NCBI GenBank assembly: GCA_963735445.1
Contig: CAVTLC010000048.1
Location: 5,721 to 69,720, forward strand
Source of the DNA: an uncultured Alphaproteobacteria bacterium
GTDB taxonomy: Bacteria; Pseudomonadota; Alphaproteobacteria; ATCC43930; CGMCC-115725
Length of the DNA stretch: 64,000 nt
Direction: 5' to 3'
A program made the translations under genes and the position numbers. This document shows positions 28,886-38,932 of this stretch, in pieces. Every line of letters begins with the position of its first letter. Within the stretch, counting starts at the first letter, position 1. The notes below the pieces were generated by a model. The model made no database searches. It worked only from the letters and a program-made list of their open reading frames with translations, and was not told the origin of the DNA.

Positions 28886-30075
28886 TTATTGAGCCGGAAC
28901 CAGTTCGGGTGTCTGAGCCTTGGTGAACGCCGGCATCACCTCCTTGCCAAAGCGTTCGAGCTGCTCGAGGCAAGCGGATTTAGGGACACCCACGCTAAGG
29001 CTGACGGAGACGCGATCGAGTCCGGGGTAACGTTTTTCGAGGGCCTTGAGATGCTCGACTATCTGCTCGGGCGAACCACACAACACGCCACCATTTGCGA
29101 TTGCATCCTCGATGCGCGGCAACTTCGCGCTCGGTGCACGTTTTGGGTCCCGCATGATCTCTATCTGCTCATCGGTTAAAGCGCGGACCAGCCGCAACTC
29201 GCCAAACATCTTCATGTTCTCTTCGTAGTACTTTCCTGCCTCACGGATTCCTTCTTCGCGACTATTCGCGATAAAGAAATGGAAACCGAAGCATAGGCGT
29301 TCGCCCAATTCGAGGTGCTTGCCGACTCGTGCATGCGCTTCCTGCCATGCCAGCACGGTCTTGTGCATTGCTCCGCCTTCGGCTGAACCGCCCCCGATCA
29401 ATCCCTTGATCCCATGCTTTGCCATGAAATCGAGCGCGCGCTCGCTACCACCCTGGATCGGCTGCCAGCATTCGACCGGCAACCGCAGCGGCCGCGGTAC
29501 CAGGGTTAATTCTTCAAGTTCGTAGCCGCGATAAGGGACTTGTGGCGGCAACGTGTAATGCTTGCCCTTGTGCGAAAGGACTCGTTGTTGAACGCCTTAA
29601 AAATAATGTCGACTTGTTCCTCAAACAGCTCGCGATTGGCCGCCTGATCAAGCAAGGGCGAACCAAAGGTCTCGACCTCGCGGGTATGGTAACCGCGTCC
29701 AACACCAAAGGTGATACGACCGCCGCTCAGAATGTCGGCTGTCGCGTAATCCTCCGCGAGCCGCAGCGGGTGCCACATCGGGGTGATGTTAAAGCCGCAG
29801 CCAAGCCTGAGGCGTTTGGTAAGGTGCGCGAGATGCAGAGCCGTCATCAGGACGTTCGGAATGCACTCATAGCCTTCGCGCTGGAAATGGTGCTCGGCCA
29901 TCCAGAACGTATCGTAGCCGAGCTGATCCATCAGTTTCGCCATTGCCTCTGCCTTGTCGAAGACGGTGGCGAGATGTTCGTTGGGAAAACGGCGGTCATT
30001 CACCGGGATACCAGCGTAGCCGACGTTGTCCATATCGACATGGCCAGCAAACAGGCTGTCGAATTTGGTAATCAT
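28886..30075 (-). pseudogene. LLM-class (luciferase-like) flavin-dependent oxidoreductase with one frameshift
   Basis: FWMAEHHFQREGYECIPN...GVGRGYHTREVETFG...FNNESF| then SHKGKHYTLPPQVPYRGYE... The shift is at a T-run (tcctttcgcac, about 29577). Confidence 0.85.
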
Positions 30076-30270
30076 TTCAGATCTCCCCGGAGCGACCGCC
30101 GATTATGGGGCATGGATTGTACGCCATAGAGCGGTGCTGGCAATCAGCTATGCTCAAGTCGATCCATGCTCGTAACTTGCGGATGGCTCCGGCTCACCCG
30201 ATAGTAAGTTGGGCCGAGGGGAGTTCGCAGTTCTTGCCGAAGACGGCAAACCATCCGCGGAGCCAGCTAA

Positions 30271-30591
30271 ATGAGATATTACCGGAGTTCGATCAATACG
30301 ATTGCAATTGCGAGCGTTTTTTTGGCCGGCATTACCGCGTCAGCCCAGCAATCGGGCGGAGGGCTTAGCGCCGAGCAGCGTGACATCGGCCGGGTGGAAA
30401 CCCGGATTCAGAAATATAATCAAGCGCTCGGGGTGGTGACGCGGCTCAATCGCCCTCTGGGTGCCGAGACCGAATGTAGCGGAATTTGTTATTTTCCGAG
30501 CAGCAGCCGGCCGGTGGCGTGGCATTGCGCGCCAAACGAAACCTGCGATCTGCATTGCGATGTCAATCCGCCGGTAGGCGGCTGTCACTGA
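30271..30591 (+). CDS. small secreted Cys-rich hypothetical protein
   Basis: 106 aa. Signal peptide IAIASVFLAGITASAQQ. Six Cys in the C-terminal half (ECSGICYF...WHCAPNETCDLHCDVNPPVGGC). Confidence 0.5.
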   Translation: MRYYRSSINTIAIASVFLAGITASAQQSGGGLSAEQRDIGRVETRIQKYNQALGVVTRLNRPLGAETECSGICYFPSSSRPVAWHCAPNETCDLHCDVNPPVGGCH

Positions 30592-30613
30592 CGCGTATTC
30601 GCGCTTTAGTCGA

Positions 30614-30637
30614 GCCGAGGGCAAAAGCACCCTCGGC
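30614..30637. terminator. hairpin between convergent genes (candidate bidirectional terminator)
   Basis: gccgaggg-caaaagca-ccctcggc: a perfect 8-bp GC-rich stem with an 8-nt loop, 23 nt after the stop at 30591 and 21 nt from the stop at 30658. There is no strong U-tract. Confidence 0.4.
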
Positions 30638-30657
30638 CACCTAATTTAAGATACTTG

Positions 30658-31146
30658 TTATGGTCCGGGGGCGCATTGCAGGGTCATCGACGCAATCCCC
30701 GCAGCAACGTTGAGACCTGTCGTGCCCTCGATGCTGACCGGCTGCAGCGAAATCGAGTTAGCATTGCCGCCAATTAGGACATTCGCCGCGGCCCCGACGC
30801 CAACGGTAGCTTGCGCGGTGGCCCCGCCATAATTGCCCGCGAGTGCACAAGGGGCAGGCGTTATTGTCGGAGCAAGAACCGACCATATCAGCACACCACC
30901 CTTAATGTACCCAATATCAACCCCGAAACGGTTGATCGTTCCGACATAATGCTCGAAATGACCGCCCGCTCCCGAGAAGGTGCAGTTCAGCGACCGCGAC
31001 GAACCGAACACAAAACCGAAGCCGCTGGAGACGTTGCAGGTGAGCACGCCGACCCTGGCACCTTGCGCGTAGGCCGGCGCCGCTAGAATGAAAGCGCCCA
31101 AGACAAGGGTGAGCGCGCTAATCGCAACCGATAGCCTTCTACACAT
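30658..31146 (-). CDS. DUF992-family exported protein
   Basis: 162 aa. Signal peptide ...LAAPAYAQG. GVLTCNVSSGFGFVFGSSRSLNCTF...YVGTINRFGVDIGY...LIWSVLAP matches the DUF992 pattern common in Rhizobiales. Confidence 0.7.
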   Translation of the reverse strand: MCRRLSVAISALTLVLGAFILAAPAYAQGARVGVLTCNVSSGFGFVFGSSRSLNCTFSGAGGHFEHYVGTINRFGVDIGYIKGGVLIWSVLAPTITPAPCALAGNYGGATAQATVGVGAAANVLIGGNANSISLQPVSIEGTTGLNVAAGIASMTLQCAPGP

Positions 31147-31575
31147 CCGATATACCTCCTCGCAAACGAACCTGACCTAAGGCACCAGCGGCAAACACGC
31201 CGAGGTATAGGTTCGTTCCTGCTCGCTTGCGTTTTGGTTTTGTTCGGCTCGATAGGATTGTTAGGTGGATACGATCCGCGACGTACCTTCCACCGGACTA
31301 TTTGGCCGTGGAAACATCGAGCCAACCGCCGATGTTTGGCTGGCATCGGAGAATAGGTACACCCAAACGCTGGCGAAAAGGCACGGCGATATAGGAAGCG
31401 AGGCCCCGCGAGCGCGGCGCAAGGCCCATTCAGGAGCCCAAAATTCTAGCGAGTGCGGGCACATTTTGATCGGATGCATGGCCCAAATTAAGCACTCGCG
31501 TCCGCGGCGATTTTTTGGAACAATCAAGTTCCGCGGTCGCGACCGGGCCGCGAACCAACTCGACAGGAAACCGAC

Positions 31576-32199
31576 TTGATCAGAGACAGGAATTTTCGTC
31601 AGCCGCGCCGCCGCGACTTTGACGATGATAGTTACGATCCGCATATGCGGGAATTCGGCGGGGCACCGCGTTTCACTCCGCCGCGGTTCGAAGTACCCTC
31701 AGGACCGGCGGTTCGCGCCGTCGTGAAATGGTTCAAGCCCGAAAGGGGATTCGGGTTTGTCGAACTATCCGACGGCTCAGGCGACGCTTTTCTCCATGCC
31801 AGCGTTTTGGAGCGGAACGGCATTCCCGCCGTGCAGCCTGGGGAGACCCTTGAAATCCGGGTAGCGCCCGGCCAAAAGGGCCCACAGGTAACCGAAATCA
31901 TCAGCGTCGACAGCAGCACGGCAGCACCGCCAACGGCGCGGCGGTCACCTTATCCGGGTGGCACGGCGCGGCCGACCTACGAAGGGGCCTCCGTCGAAGA
32001 GACTGGCACGGTAAAGTGGTTCAACGCCCAGAAGGGTTTTGGCTTCATCGTCCGTGAGGGTGGCGGCAAAGACGCCTTTGTCCATGCTTCAGTGCTCGAA
32101 CGCTCGGGTATCGACACCTTGAACGAAGGACAACGTGTCCTGATCGACATCGCCGAAGGCCGCAAGGGTCCGGAAGCCGTCCGGGTACGCCTCGCCTAA
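31576..32199 (+). CDS. cold-shock-domain protein with two CSDs and an Arg-rich N-terminal extension
   Basis: Two copies of the CSD with RNP-1-like motifs: VKWFKPERGFGFVEL...DAFLHASVL and VKWFNAQKGFGFIVR...DAFVHASVL. The start is uncertain (non-ATG at 31576, internal ATG further in). Confidence 0.85.
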   Translation: MIRDRNFRQPRRRDFDDDSYDPHMREFGGAPRFTPPRFEVPSGPAVRAVVKWFKPERGFGFVELSDGSGDAFLHASVLERNGIPAVQPGETLEIRVAPGQKGPQVTEIISVDSSTAAPPTARRSPYPGGTARPTYEGASVEETGTVKWFNAQKGFGFIVREGGGKDAFVHASVLERSGIDTLNEGQRVLIDIAEGRKGPEAVRVRLA

Positions 32200-32236
32200 C
32201 ACACGACTAAGCGCCGCCGGCGCCGACGGGGGGAAG

Positions 32237-33088
32237 ATGGATTTCGGCGCTGCGATGTTCTTTACCGATTATTCGATGAGTCCGGCCGATCTCGGTCGGG
32301 CGCTGGAGGATCGTGGGTTCGAATCCATCTGGGCGCCCGAGCATTCGCACATCCCGAGTTCCCGCGCGACGCCATTTCCGCAAGGGGGCGAACTGCCTCA
32401 GAAATATTACGACGCGATGGATCCCTTCGTAACCCTGACCGCGGCGGCCATGGTCACGAAAAAATTGCGGATCGGCACCGGTGTCTGTCTTGTGACGCAA
32501 CGCGATCCGATCCAGACAGCCAAGCTGGTCGCGTCAATCGATCAAGTCTCGAGCGGACGGTTTCTATTCGGGGTCGGGGGAGGGTGGAACGCTGAGGAGA
32601 TGGCCGATCACGGCACTGCGTTTCAAACCCGTTTCAAGCTGATGCGCGAGCGGGTCGAAGCAATGAAGGCCATCTGGACCGAAGACGAGCCCGAGTACCA
32701 CGGCGAACTGGTCGCTTTTCCAAAGATGAAAAGTTGGCCGAAGCCGGTGCAAAAACCGCACCCGCCGGTGATTGTCGGCGGCGCTTTCCCGCATGCGGCG
32801 CGGCGCGCAATTCGCTATGGCGACGGCTGGGTTCCACATGCCGGCCGACCGCAATATTCGGATGTGACCGATTTTCTACCAAAGTTCCGCGAGATGATGA
32901 CCGAAGCAGGCCGCAGTCTTGCCGAGGTCCCGATTACAGTATTCGGCGTCCCCGAAAGTCTCGACCGGCTGAAGCATTACCGTGACCGTGGCGTGGCGCG
33001 CGTTGTGGTTAGCTTGCCTTCGGCGTTAGCCGAGGAGATTCTGCCCGCACTCGACCGATGGGCTGAACTGATCCGGCAAGCCACCTGA
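32237..33088 (+). CDS. LLM-class oxidoreductase (resembles the probable F420-dependent Rv2161c-type subfamily)
   Basis: 283 aa. MDFGAAMFFTDYSM...FESIWAPEHSHIP...GVGGGWNAEEM...HPPVIVGG. The subfamily and cofactor assignment comes from recollection of family signatures only. Confidence 0.75.
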   Translation: MDFGAAMFFTDYSMSPADLGRALEDRGFESIWAPEHSHIPSSRATPFPQGGELPQKYYDAMDPFVTLTAAAMVTKKLRIGTGVCLVTQRDPIQTAKLVASIDQVSSGRFLFGVGGGWNAEEMADHGTAFQTRFKLMRERVEAMKAIWTEDEPEYHGELVAFPKMKSWPKPVQKPHPPVIVGGAFPHAARRAIRYGDGWVPHAGRPQYSDVTDFLPKFREMMTEAGRSLAEVPITVFGVPESLDRLKHYRDRGVARVVVSLPSALAEEILPALDRWAELIRQAT

Positions 33089-33196
33089 GCGCGATCGTCT
33101 CAAGGACCAACCGTGTCGCTTGGCCGAGCCGGCGAAAATGGCAATTCGACCCAGCGCCGAGGACAAGCTTACCCCTTCTCGGAACCCGCCGTATCC

Positions 33197-33589
33197 TTAA
33201 GCGACGTTGCGATCGAGCAGTTCGATATGGATGTTTTGCGGCCCGCGCAAAAAGGCAATTCGTACGCCGGGCCGGATGGTTTTCGGCTCGACCGTGAACT
33301 CGACGCCCTTTTGTTTCAGTTCGGCGACGACCGCGTCAATGCCCTCGACTCGAAGCCCGATGTGCTCGAGGCCGAGATAGGGGGGCTCCGGCGGGTCGCC
33401 GACCACCTGCTCTTGCGAGACTTGCGCGATAAATACCGCGATGCCGCCGAGATTGAGGTCGATCCGCGGCCTTCCATCGGACTGGATCGAGCGGATCACC
33501 TCGGCGCCGAACATTCGCTCGTACCATTGGGCGGTTTCTTCGGCGTTGGGACTGCGCAGGTGAATATGATCATAAGCGAACTTGGCCAC
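33197..33589 (-). CDS. VOC-family (glyoxalase/bleomycin-resistance/dioxygenase fold) protein
   Basis: 130 aa. HIHLRSPN...HIGLRVEGIDA...IHIELL, typical of paired beta-alpha-beta-beta-beta modules. Confidence 0.8.
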   Translation of the reverse strand: MAKFAYDHIHLRSPNAEETAQWYERMFGAEVIRSIQSDGRPRIDLNLGGIAVFIAQVSQEQVVGDPPEPPYLGLEHIGLRVEGIDAVVAELKQKGVEFTVEPKTIRPGVRIAFLRGPQNIHIELLDRNVA

Positions 33590-33765
33590 TGCATGTTCTC
33601 CCGGCTGGGCGGTCTCCGAACCAACTCTAAGCGCCCGACGCTACCCTCGCCAGCGTGATCATTCTTTGGCCCATAATTGCCGGCGCACTCTGCACGTCGC
33701 TGCCGATCGGCCTGCGAGCCCGAATTGCACGGCCAGTCGAGTTCGTAATAGTACTGCACGAACGC

Positions 33766-35067
33766 ATGCGCAAACGCCCACAGAAACGTGGCGATATGAC
33801 GGACTCACGAGCGCTCGGAACACCGGCCCAGGCCTCCGGCCGCCGCTTTCCGGACAGCGTGGAGACACGTGGTTCATGGATCGCTGCGACCTTGGCAATC
33901 GCTATCTTGTCGATTTCTTACGGGGCGCCGCTGATCGTCGTGATCGGGTTGAAACCGATTGCGGCGGCACTCGATGCCGATCGCTCGGTCGTGGCGCTCG
34001 CCGCTGCCTTGGTCTGGGTCGGGACCGGGACCGGCGGCATCCTGATGGGGTGGGTTGCGGACCGCGTCGGGGTGCGGCGAACGGTGATTTTCGGCGCGGT
34101 TATGACAGCAATCGGCCTCGCCGTTTCGGCCACTGGCCGGGTCTCCACGCTTTATCTCGGACACGCGCTGCTGATCGGATTTCTCGGCGGCGGTGCGCTG
34201 TACCCGCCGCTGCTGATCTATATCAGCCGCTGGTTCGACCGACGCCGCGGCACAGCGCTCGCCCTGATTTCGTCGGGACAATACATCGCCGGCGTCATCT
34301 GGCCTTCGGTATTCGAGCGCGCGTTGATCTGGTTTGGCTGGCGTGGGTTGATGCTCGGGTTCAGCCTTATCGTCCTGTTGATTGTGCCGTTGGCCGCCTG
34401 GTTGCGACCGGCCCCACAGCCCGGTCGCGCTTCAGGCCTCGCCGGCATCGGTTTTCTTGGGACAAAAGCGCTGGGCCTCAGCGCTAACACCGTGCAGCTG
34501 CTGCTGTGTGCGGCGTCATTTCTGTGCTGTGTGCCGATGGCGATGCCGTCGAGCCACCTCGTCGCCTTTTGCAGCGATCTCGGCATCGCCCCTGCCCAAG
34601 GCGCGGCGATGCTCTCGGTATTGCTCGGCTGCGCTTTTGTCAGCCGCCAGTTTTGGGGATGGGCCGCCGACCGGATTGGTGGGCTGGGCACGGTCTTCGC
34701 CGGCTCAGCCTGTCAGGCGTTGGCGATCGCCGCCTTCGCGGTAACGCGCAACGAGGCCGGGCTGTTCGCGATTTCTGCCGCTTACGGGCTCGGCTTTAGT
34801 GGAATAATCCCGGCCTATGTCGTCGCCATCCGGGAACTTTTCCCGTCAATGGACGCGTCATGGCGGGTGCCGACACTGTTGTTTTCGGGCATGTCGGGAA
34901 TGGCGTTCGGCAGCTGGTTTGCCGGCGCGCTGTACGATTATTTCGGTTTTTACGCGCCGGCCTTTGCCGCCGGCGCGCTATTCAACCTTGGTAATCTGAT
35001 CGTGGTGGGCTTTCTCGTCCTTCGCCAAATGCAGGGCAGCCGCCTTGCCGGCGCGCCGGCTGCGTGA
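33766..35067 (+). CDS. MFS transporter
   Basis: About 12 TM segments. MFS loop motif GWVADRVGVRRTV. The start is ambiguous (ATG at 33766 or 33796; the ORF opens at 33655). Confidence 0.8.
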   Translation: MRKRPQKRGDMTDSRALGTPAQASGRRFPDSVETRGSWIAATLAIAILSISYGAPLIVVIGLKPIAAALDADRSVVALAAALVWVGTGTGGILMGWVADRVGVRRTVIFGAVMTAIGLAVSATGRVSTLYLGHALLIGFLGGGALYPPLLIYISRWFDRRRGTALALISSGQYIAGVIWPSVFERALIWFGWRGLMLGFSLIVLLIVPLAAWLRPAPQPGRASGLAGIGFLGTKALGLSANTVQLLLCAASFLCCVPMAMPSSHLVAFCSDLGIAPAQGAAMLSVLLGCAFVSRQFWGWAADRIGGLGTVFAGSACQALAIAAFAVTRNEAGLFAISAAYGLGFSGIIPAYVVAIRELFPSMDASWRVPTLLFSGMSGMAFGSWFAGALYDYFGFYAPAFAAGALFNLGNLIVVGFLVLRQMQGSRLAGAPAA

Positions 35068-35101
35068 ATCGCGGATTCAGCTTGCGATAGGCATGGTTTG
35101 T

Positions 35102-36062
35102 CTAGGCCGGCACCTTTTCGAGCTTGTGCAGGACGCGGATGCGCTTTGGCGGTGGACCTTTTGAAAACCGTCCCCAGCTGCGGCCGGACAGCTCGCCAAC
35201 AAAGATGTTGCCGTGCTGGTCGACCGCGATGCCATGCGGTGAGGTGAAGTGACCGGGCTCCAGTCCGGCATGCATCTTGCCGAGCCGCGCCAGAACCTCA
35301 CCCTTATGCGTGTGGATGCTGACCCGCGGGCCGATATTCGGCCAGTCTCGGTTGATTTCGCCGGAAGGGCCACCCTCACCGATATAGAAGAGAGGGTTCG
35401 GCCCTAATGCCATGCACATCCCGTTCGGGCCGGTGGAGATTGTTCCACTGGGTCTCGAACTTGCCGTTACTGTCAAAGATCTGAACCCGGTGATTTTCGC
35501 GATCGGCGACATAGACCCAGCCGTCGGGATCGCAACAAATATTGTGTGGCACATTGAACTGGCCGGGATCGGTGCCGGGCTCACCCCATGACATTAGCAA
35601 CTTCCCGTCTGCGGTAAATTTATGGATACGGGCATTGCCGTAGCCGTCCGAGACGTAGAGGTCGCCGCGTGGCGACAATGCGGTATGGGTGCAGCGGTGA
35701 AACGGTTCGCCGCTCATATAGGGTTTGGGTTCACCTGGAACGCCGAGCGTCATCAGCACCTTGCCGTCGAGCGTGCAATGCCGCACCGTGTGGTCGCCGT
35801 CGTCGGTCAGCCAGATCGTATCGTCTGGACCCATATGAACACCGTGCGGTCGGGTGAATACGCCCTCGCCCCACGTGCGCAACAGGTTGCCCTCTGCATC
35901 GAACACCGCGATCGGGTGTTCACCACGGTTGAACGCGTATACCCGGTCCTGGCGGTCGACCCCGACCGCCGCGACATCGCCCAACACGATCTCATCCGGC
36001 AATTTTGCCCAAGTATCGCGCACGGCAAACGTGTACTTGCCGCCTCCGAGCTCTACCGTCAT
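35102..36062 (-). pseudogene. NHL-repeat six-bladed beta-propeller protein (peptidyl-alpha-hydroxyglycine lyase-like) with one frameshift
   Basis: Repeats of the type VAVDRQDRVYAFNRGEHP, IWLTDDGDHTV, LYVSDGYGNARI, VYVADRENHRVQIF and IFVGELS. The frame changes near 35420 (WNNLHRP|NGMCMALGPNPLFYIGE). Confidence 0.75.
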
Positions 36063-36267
36063 GCGTCCTCTCCCGGTATGTCTCTGCTGAGGGGATCATA
36101 GGACGGCTCCGCTGCTGCGAGCGAGCGAAGATTGGTCATGCACTTTGCACAACCCAGATAAGAGGTAAATTCGTGCTTATCTATAGCGGAGATCGCGTGC
36201 CGAACGTACGATGCGAGCCCTCAGACGTCTCGTCCGAACTCCAGCGGAGGAGCAAGAGGAGCCCGAC

Positions 36268-37419
36268 ATGCCAGAAAAGCTGATATCCGGCGATAACCAC
36301 ATCGACCTGACCTACCTGCCGCCCGATCTGTGGTCGTCGGAGGCGCCGCAGAAATGGAAGCAGCTGGCGCCGCGCGTCGTGGAAAAGGACGATGGGCTGC
36401 ACTGGTTTGTCGACGACCAGGACAGGGGCATGTGGAACGGCGTCGGCCCGGGATTCCTGCCTTACCAAAAGGGTATGTTCAACCATATCGACGAGATGAA
36501 GGATCTTGGCTTCGAATGGAGCTCAAGGCCGGGCGCAAAGCCGCGACCGACCACGCCGGAATTGCGCCTCTCCGATCTCGACCGCGACGGCCAGGACGCC
36601 GAAATCATCTATGGCTGCCTGATGGTCAACGATCTGATCGACGATGCATCGCTGCGCGCCTGGACCGACAAGACCTATAATGACTGGGTGGCCGATTTCG
36701 CCAAGCGCTCCGACCCGAACCGGGTTTATCCGCTGGCGATCATCCCCAACACCGACCCGGCCGAAGCCGCAGCCGAGGTGCGGCGCTGCGCCAAGATGGG
36801 ATTGCGGGGCGGCGATCTCGCCTTTAAGCGGATGACCCCGCCCCTCTATACCGATTTATGGTTTCCGCTGTGGGAAGCCGCGGCCGAATGTCGTTTCCCG
36901 ATCTCGTTCCATTCGACCGGGTTCAAGGCATTGCGGGCCCCCGACAGTCCCGAGCAGGAGCAAAAATATTTCACCCAGTGGCGGTTGGTGCGCTCGGCGT
37001 TATTCCAGCTCGACACGATGGAAGTGCTGGTGTCGTTGCTGGCATCGGGCGCGTGCGAAAAATATCCCGACTTCAACTTTGTGCTCGGTGAATCCGGAGT
37101 GACCTGGCTGCCCTATGTGTTCGACCGGCTCGACACCGAATACGCCGACCGCGCCAAAAGCCTTAATTTCAAGTTAAAGCCGAGCGATTACTTCCGTCGT
37201 CAGGGCTACGTCACTTATCAGCAGGATCAATTTCTCGAACCGATCATCCCACTAATCGGCGAGGACAATATCATTTGGGGTGCTGATTATCCGCACCCCG
37301 ACTGCATCTGGCCCGGGTCGCGTGCGACCCTCGACAAGAATATGGTGAATATCTCGCCCGACGTGCGGCGCAAGATCACCTCAGAGAATGTGACCCGCCT
37401 CTACCAACTGCACCAGTAA
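36268..37419 (+). CDS. amidohydrolase-2 family (ACMSD-like metal-dependent hydrolase/decarboxylase)
   Basis: The ATG at 36268 is preceded by aagagga. ISGDNHIDL (metal-binding H-x-H/D region) ... FHS ... WGADYPHPD at the C-terminus. Confidence 0.8.
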   Translation: MPEKLISGDNHIDLTYLPPDLWSSEAPQKWKQLAPRVVEKDDGLHWFVDDQDRGMWNGVGPGFLPYQKGMFNHIDEMKDLGFEWSSRPGAKPRPTTPELRLSDLDRDGQDAEIIYGCLMVNDLIDDASLRAWTDKTYNDWVADFAKRSDPNRVYPLAIIPNTDPAEAAAEVRRCAKMGLRGGDLAFKRMTPPLYTDLWFPLWEAAAECRFPISFHSTGFKALRAPDSPEQEQKYFTQWRLVRSALFQLDTMEVLVSLLASGACEKYPDFNFVLGESGVTWLPYVFDRLDTEYADRAKSLNFKLKPSDYFRRQGYVTYQQDQFLEPIIPLIGEDNIIWGADYPHPDCIWPGSRATLDKNMVNISPDVRRKITSENVTRLYQLHQ

Positions 37420-37435
37420 TCGGTAAGGCCCTAGA

Positions 37436-37461
37436 GAAGGCCGCGCGTAGCGTCGGCCTTC
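37436..37461. terminator. hairpin after the amidohydrolase gene, between convergent genes
   Basis: gaaggccg-cgcgtagcgt-cggccttc followed by ttcc: an 8-bp stem located 17 nt after the stop. Confidence 0.4.
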
Positions 37462-37530
37462 TTCCACATCCAGCTGGCTCACGAGAGCCTCCAATTTGCG
37501 CGCTATACGCGACTGATCTGGAGGACGCGG

Positions 37531-37809
37531 CTACGCTTCGGTTGCGGTGGTTGGGTCGATCATGCGGCGGACTTCGGTGATCTTGTTGGCTGGGAAACCG
37601 CTGCGGCGGGAATGTTCGCGGATGATTTCCTCGTTCTGTGCAAGATATACGCAGAAAGTCTTGTCGCCGGCGACGTAGCTTTCGACCCATTGGATATCCG
37701 GGCCAAGCTCCTTCAATACCGAATTCGATTTTTGCGCCGCTTCCTTAAGCGCTTGCCGTTCGGCGCTGCCGATCGCCGGCAATTCACGCTCGATGATGTA
37801 TTTGCGCAT
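37531..37809 (-). CDS. DUF4242-family small protein
   Basis: MRKYIIERELPAIGSAERQALKEAAQKSNSVLKELGPDIQWVESYVAGDKTFCVYLAQNEEIIREHSRRSGFPANKITEVRRMIDPTTA matches the DUF4242 pattern. GGAGG lies upstream of the ATG at 37809. Confidence 0.7.
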   Translation of the reverse strand: MRKYIIERELPAIGSAERQALKEAAQKSNSVLKELGPDIQWVESYVAGDKTFCVYLAQNEEIIREHSRRSGFPANKITEVRRMIDPTTATEA

Positions 37810-38329
37810 TGTTGACCTCCCATTGTGAACTGGGGCGATCGTCGCAGATCGGGCAGCGCGCGTAAAGTGAACCAGATCACACCCTCTGCACCACTGCAGC
37901 GGCCCCAAGGGCCGTCGATCATCAAAGATCCAACGGTTTTCATATTCAGCGCGCTAACCCGATAGTGGCTGGGTCATCAGGGGCAGCTAAAAACCGAAAA
38001 CGAGAAGGCAGGGAAATACGGCTTACCGGCCGGGTTGCAGTCATCACGGCGGCGGCAAGTGCGTCGGAGAGGCCACTGCCGACCTCATGACCCGCGAAGC
38101 GGCGGTCGTGAATGCAATCAACAGCGATCAGGGCCGCCTCGACGAGGCGGTCCTCAAATTACGCGCAACCGGCGCCCCACGCCAATGCAAAGCGCGAATG
38201 TGCTGGGCCCGGCCCAGGTCGACGCGGCCGTTGCTCGCATTCGTATGGAGGCCGGTCGGTCTTTGGCTGGTCAGTTCCCAATCCGCCAGGCCGACCTTGC
38301 GGGCGATATCAATCGGCGAGTGGCGACGG

Positions 38330-38683
38330 CTAAGGGGTGGGATAGAGGCGCGTCTTGATCGCCTCCAGTTGGGCGATCACGTCGGGGTCGATAATTCGGG
38401 TGAACCGCGGCACCTCTTTGCCCTTCCACTTGGCCGGTTGGTAAAACATGTGGAGCGGCCGGAGGTCGAACAGCCCGCCGTTGCGGTAAGCATACGCCTC
38501 CTCGTAAAGCGGGCGATATACTTGCATAAAAACGTCTTCGGGTCGGCAGTCATCTTCAGTGTGATGGCCGACCCCGTAAATATAATACGCGTAATTATTC
38601 AACGGCCCATTCGGGTCATGTTTGAAATGGTAATAATAACCGGGCTCGGGCAGCTCCTTCGGCGGTTGAATATCGTAAGCCAT
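38330..38683 (-). CDS. DUF1653-family protein
   Basis: The ATG at 38683 has an upstream GGGAGG. YYHFKHDPNG...YYIYGVGHHTED...VYRPLY...RPLHMF...VPRFTRI resembles DUF1653. Confidence 0.65.
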   Translation of the reverse strand: MAYDIQPPKELPEPGYYYHFKHDPNGPLNNYAYYIYGVGHHTEDDCRPEDVFMQVYRPLYEEAYAYRNGGLFDLRPLHMFYQPAKWKGKEVPRFTRIIDPDVIAQLEAIKTRLYPTP

Positions 38684-38932
38684 ATCGTCGTCCTCCCGGC
38701 TGCGTTGCAAAGAGTAGCGTATGAGGTGGCTAGAGGCGCTGCCTAGATGAAGGGGCGGGCAGCTCGGCAAGCGAGAGCTGTCGTTCGACAGTGAGCTCGC
38801 GCCCCGGCCGGTGGCACTCCTCCGCAGCGATCTTGTTCCGAGCGCTCGGAGCCCAGCGGCGCGATAACCGCGCGCGGCTGATGCCCAAAATTGCGCCATC
38901 AACAGGCGATCATCTTCGGGTATCTGCCTCTC

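Noticed and set aside
32315-32326. GGGTTCGAATCC, a perfect tRNA T-arm/T-loop-like string
   Set aside because: It lies inside the LLM oxidoreductase reading frame (codons for RGFES). No acceptor, D or anticodon arms can be folded around it.
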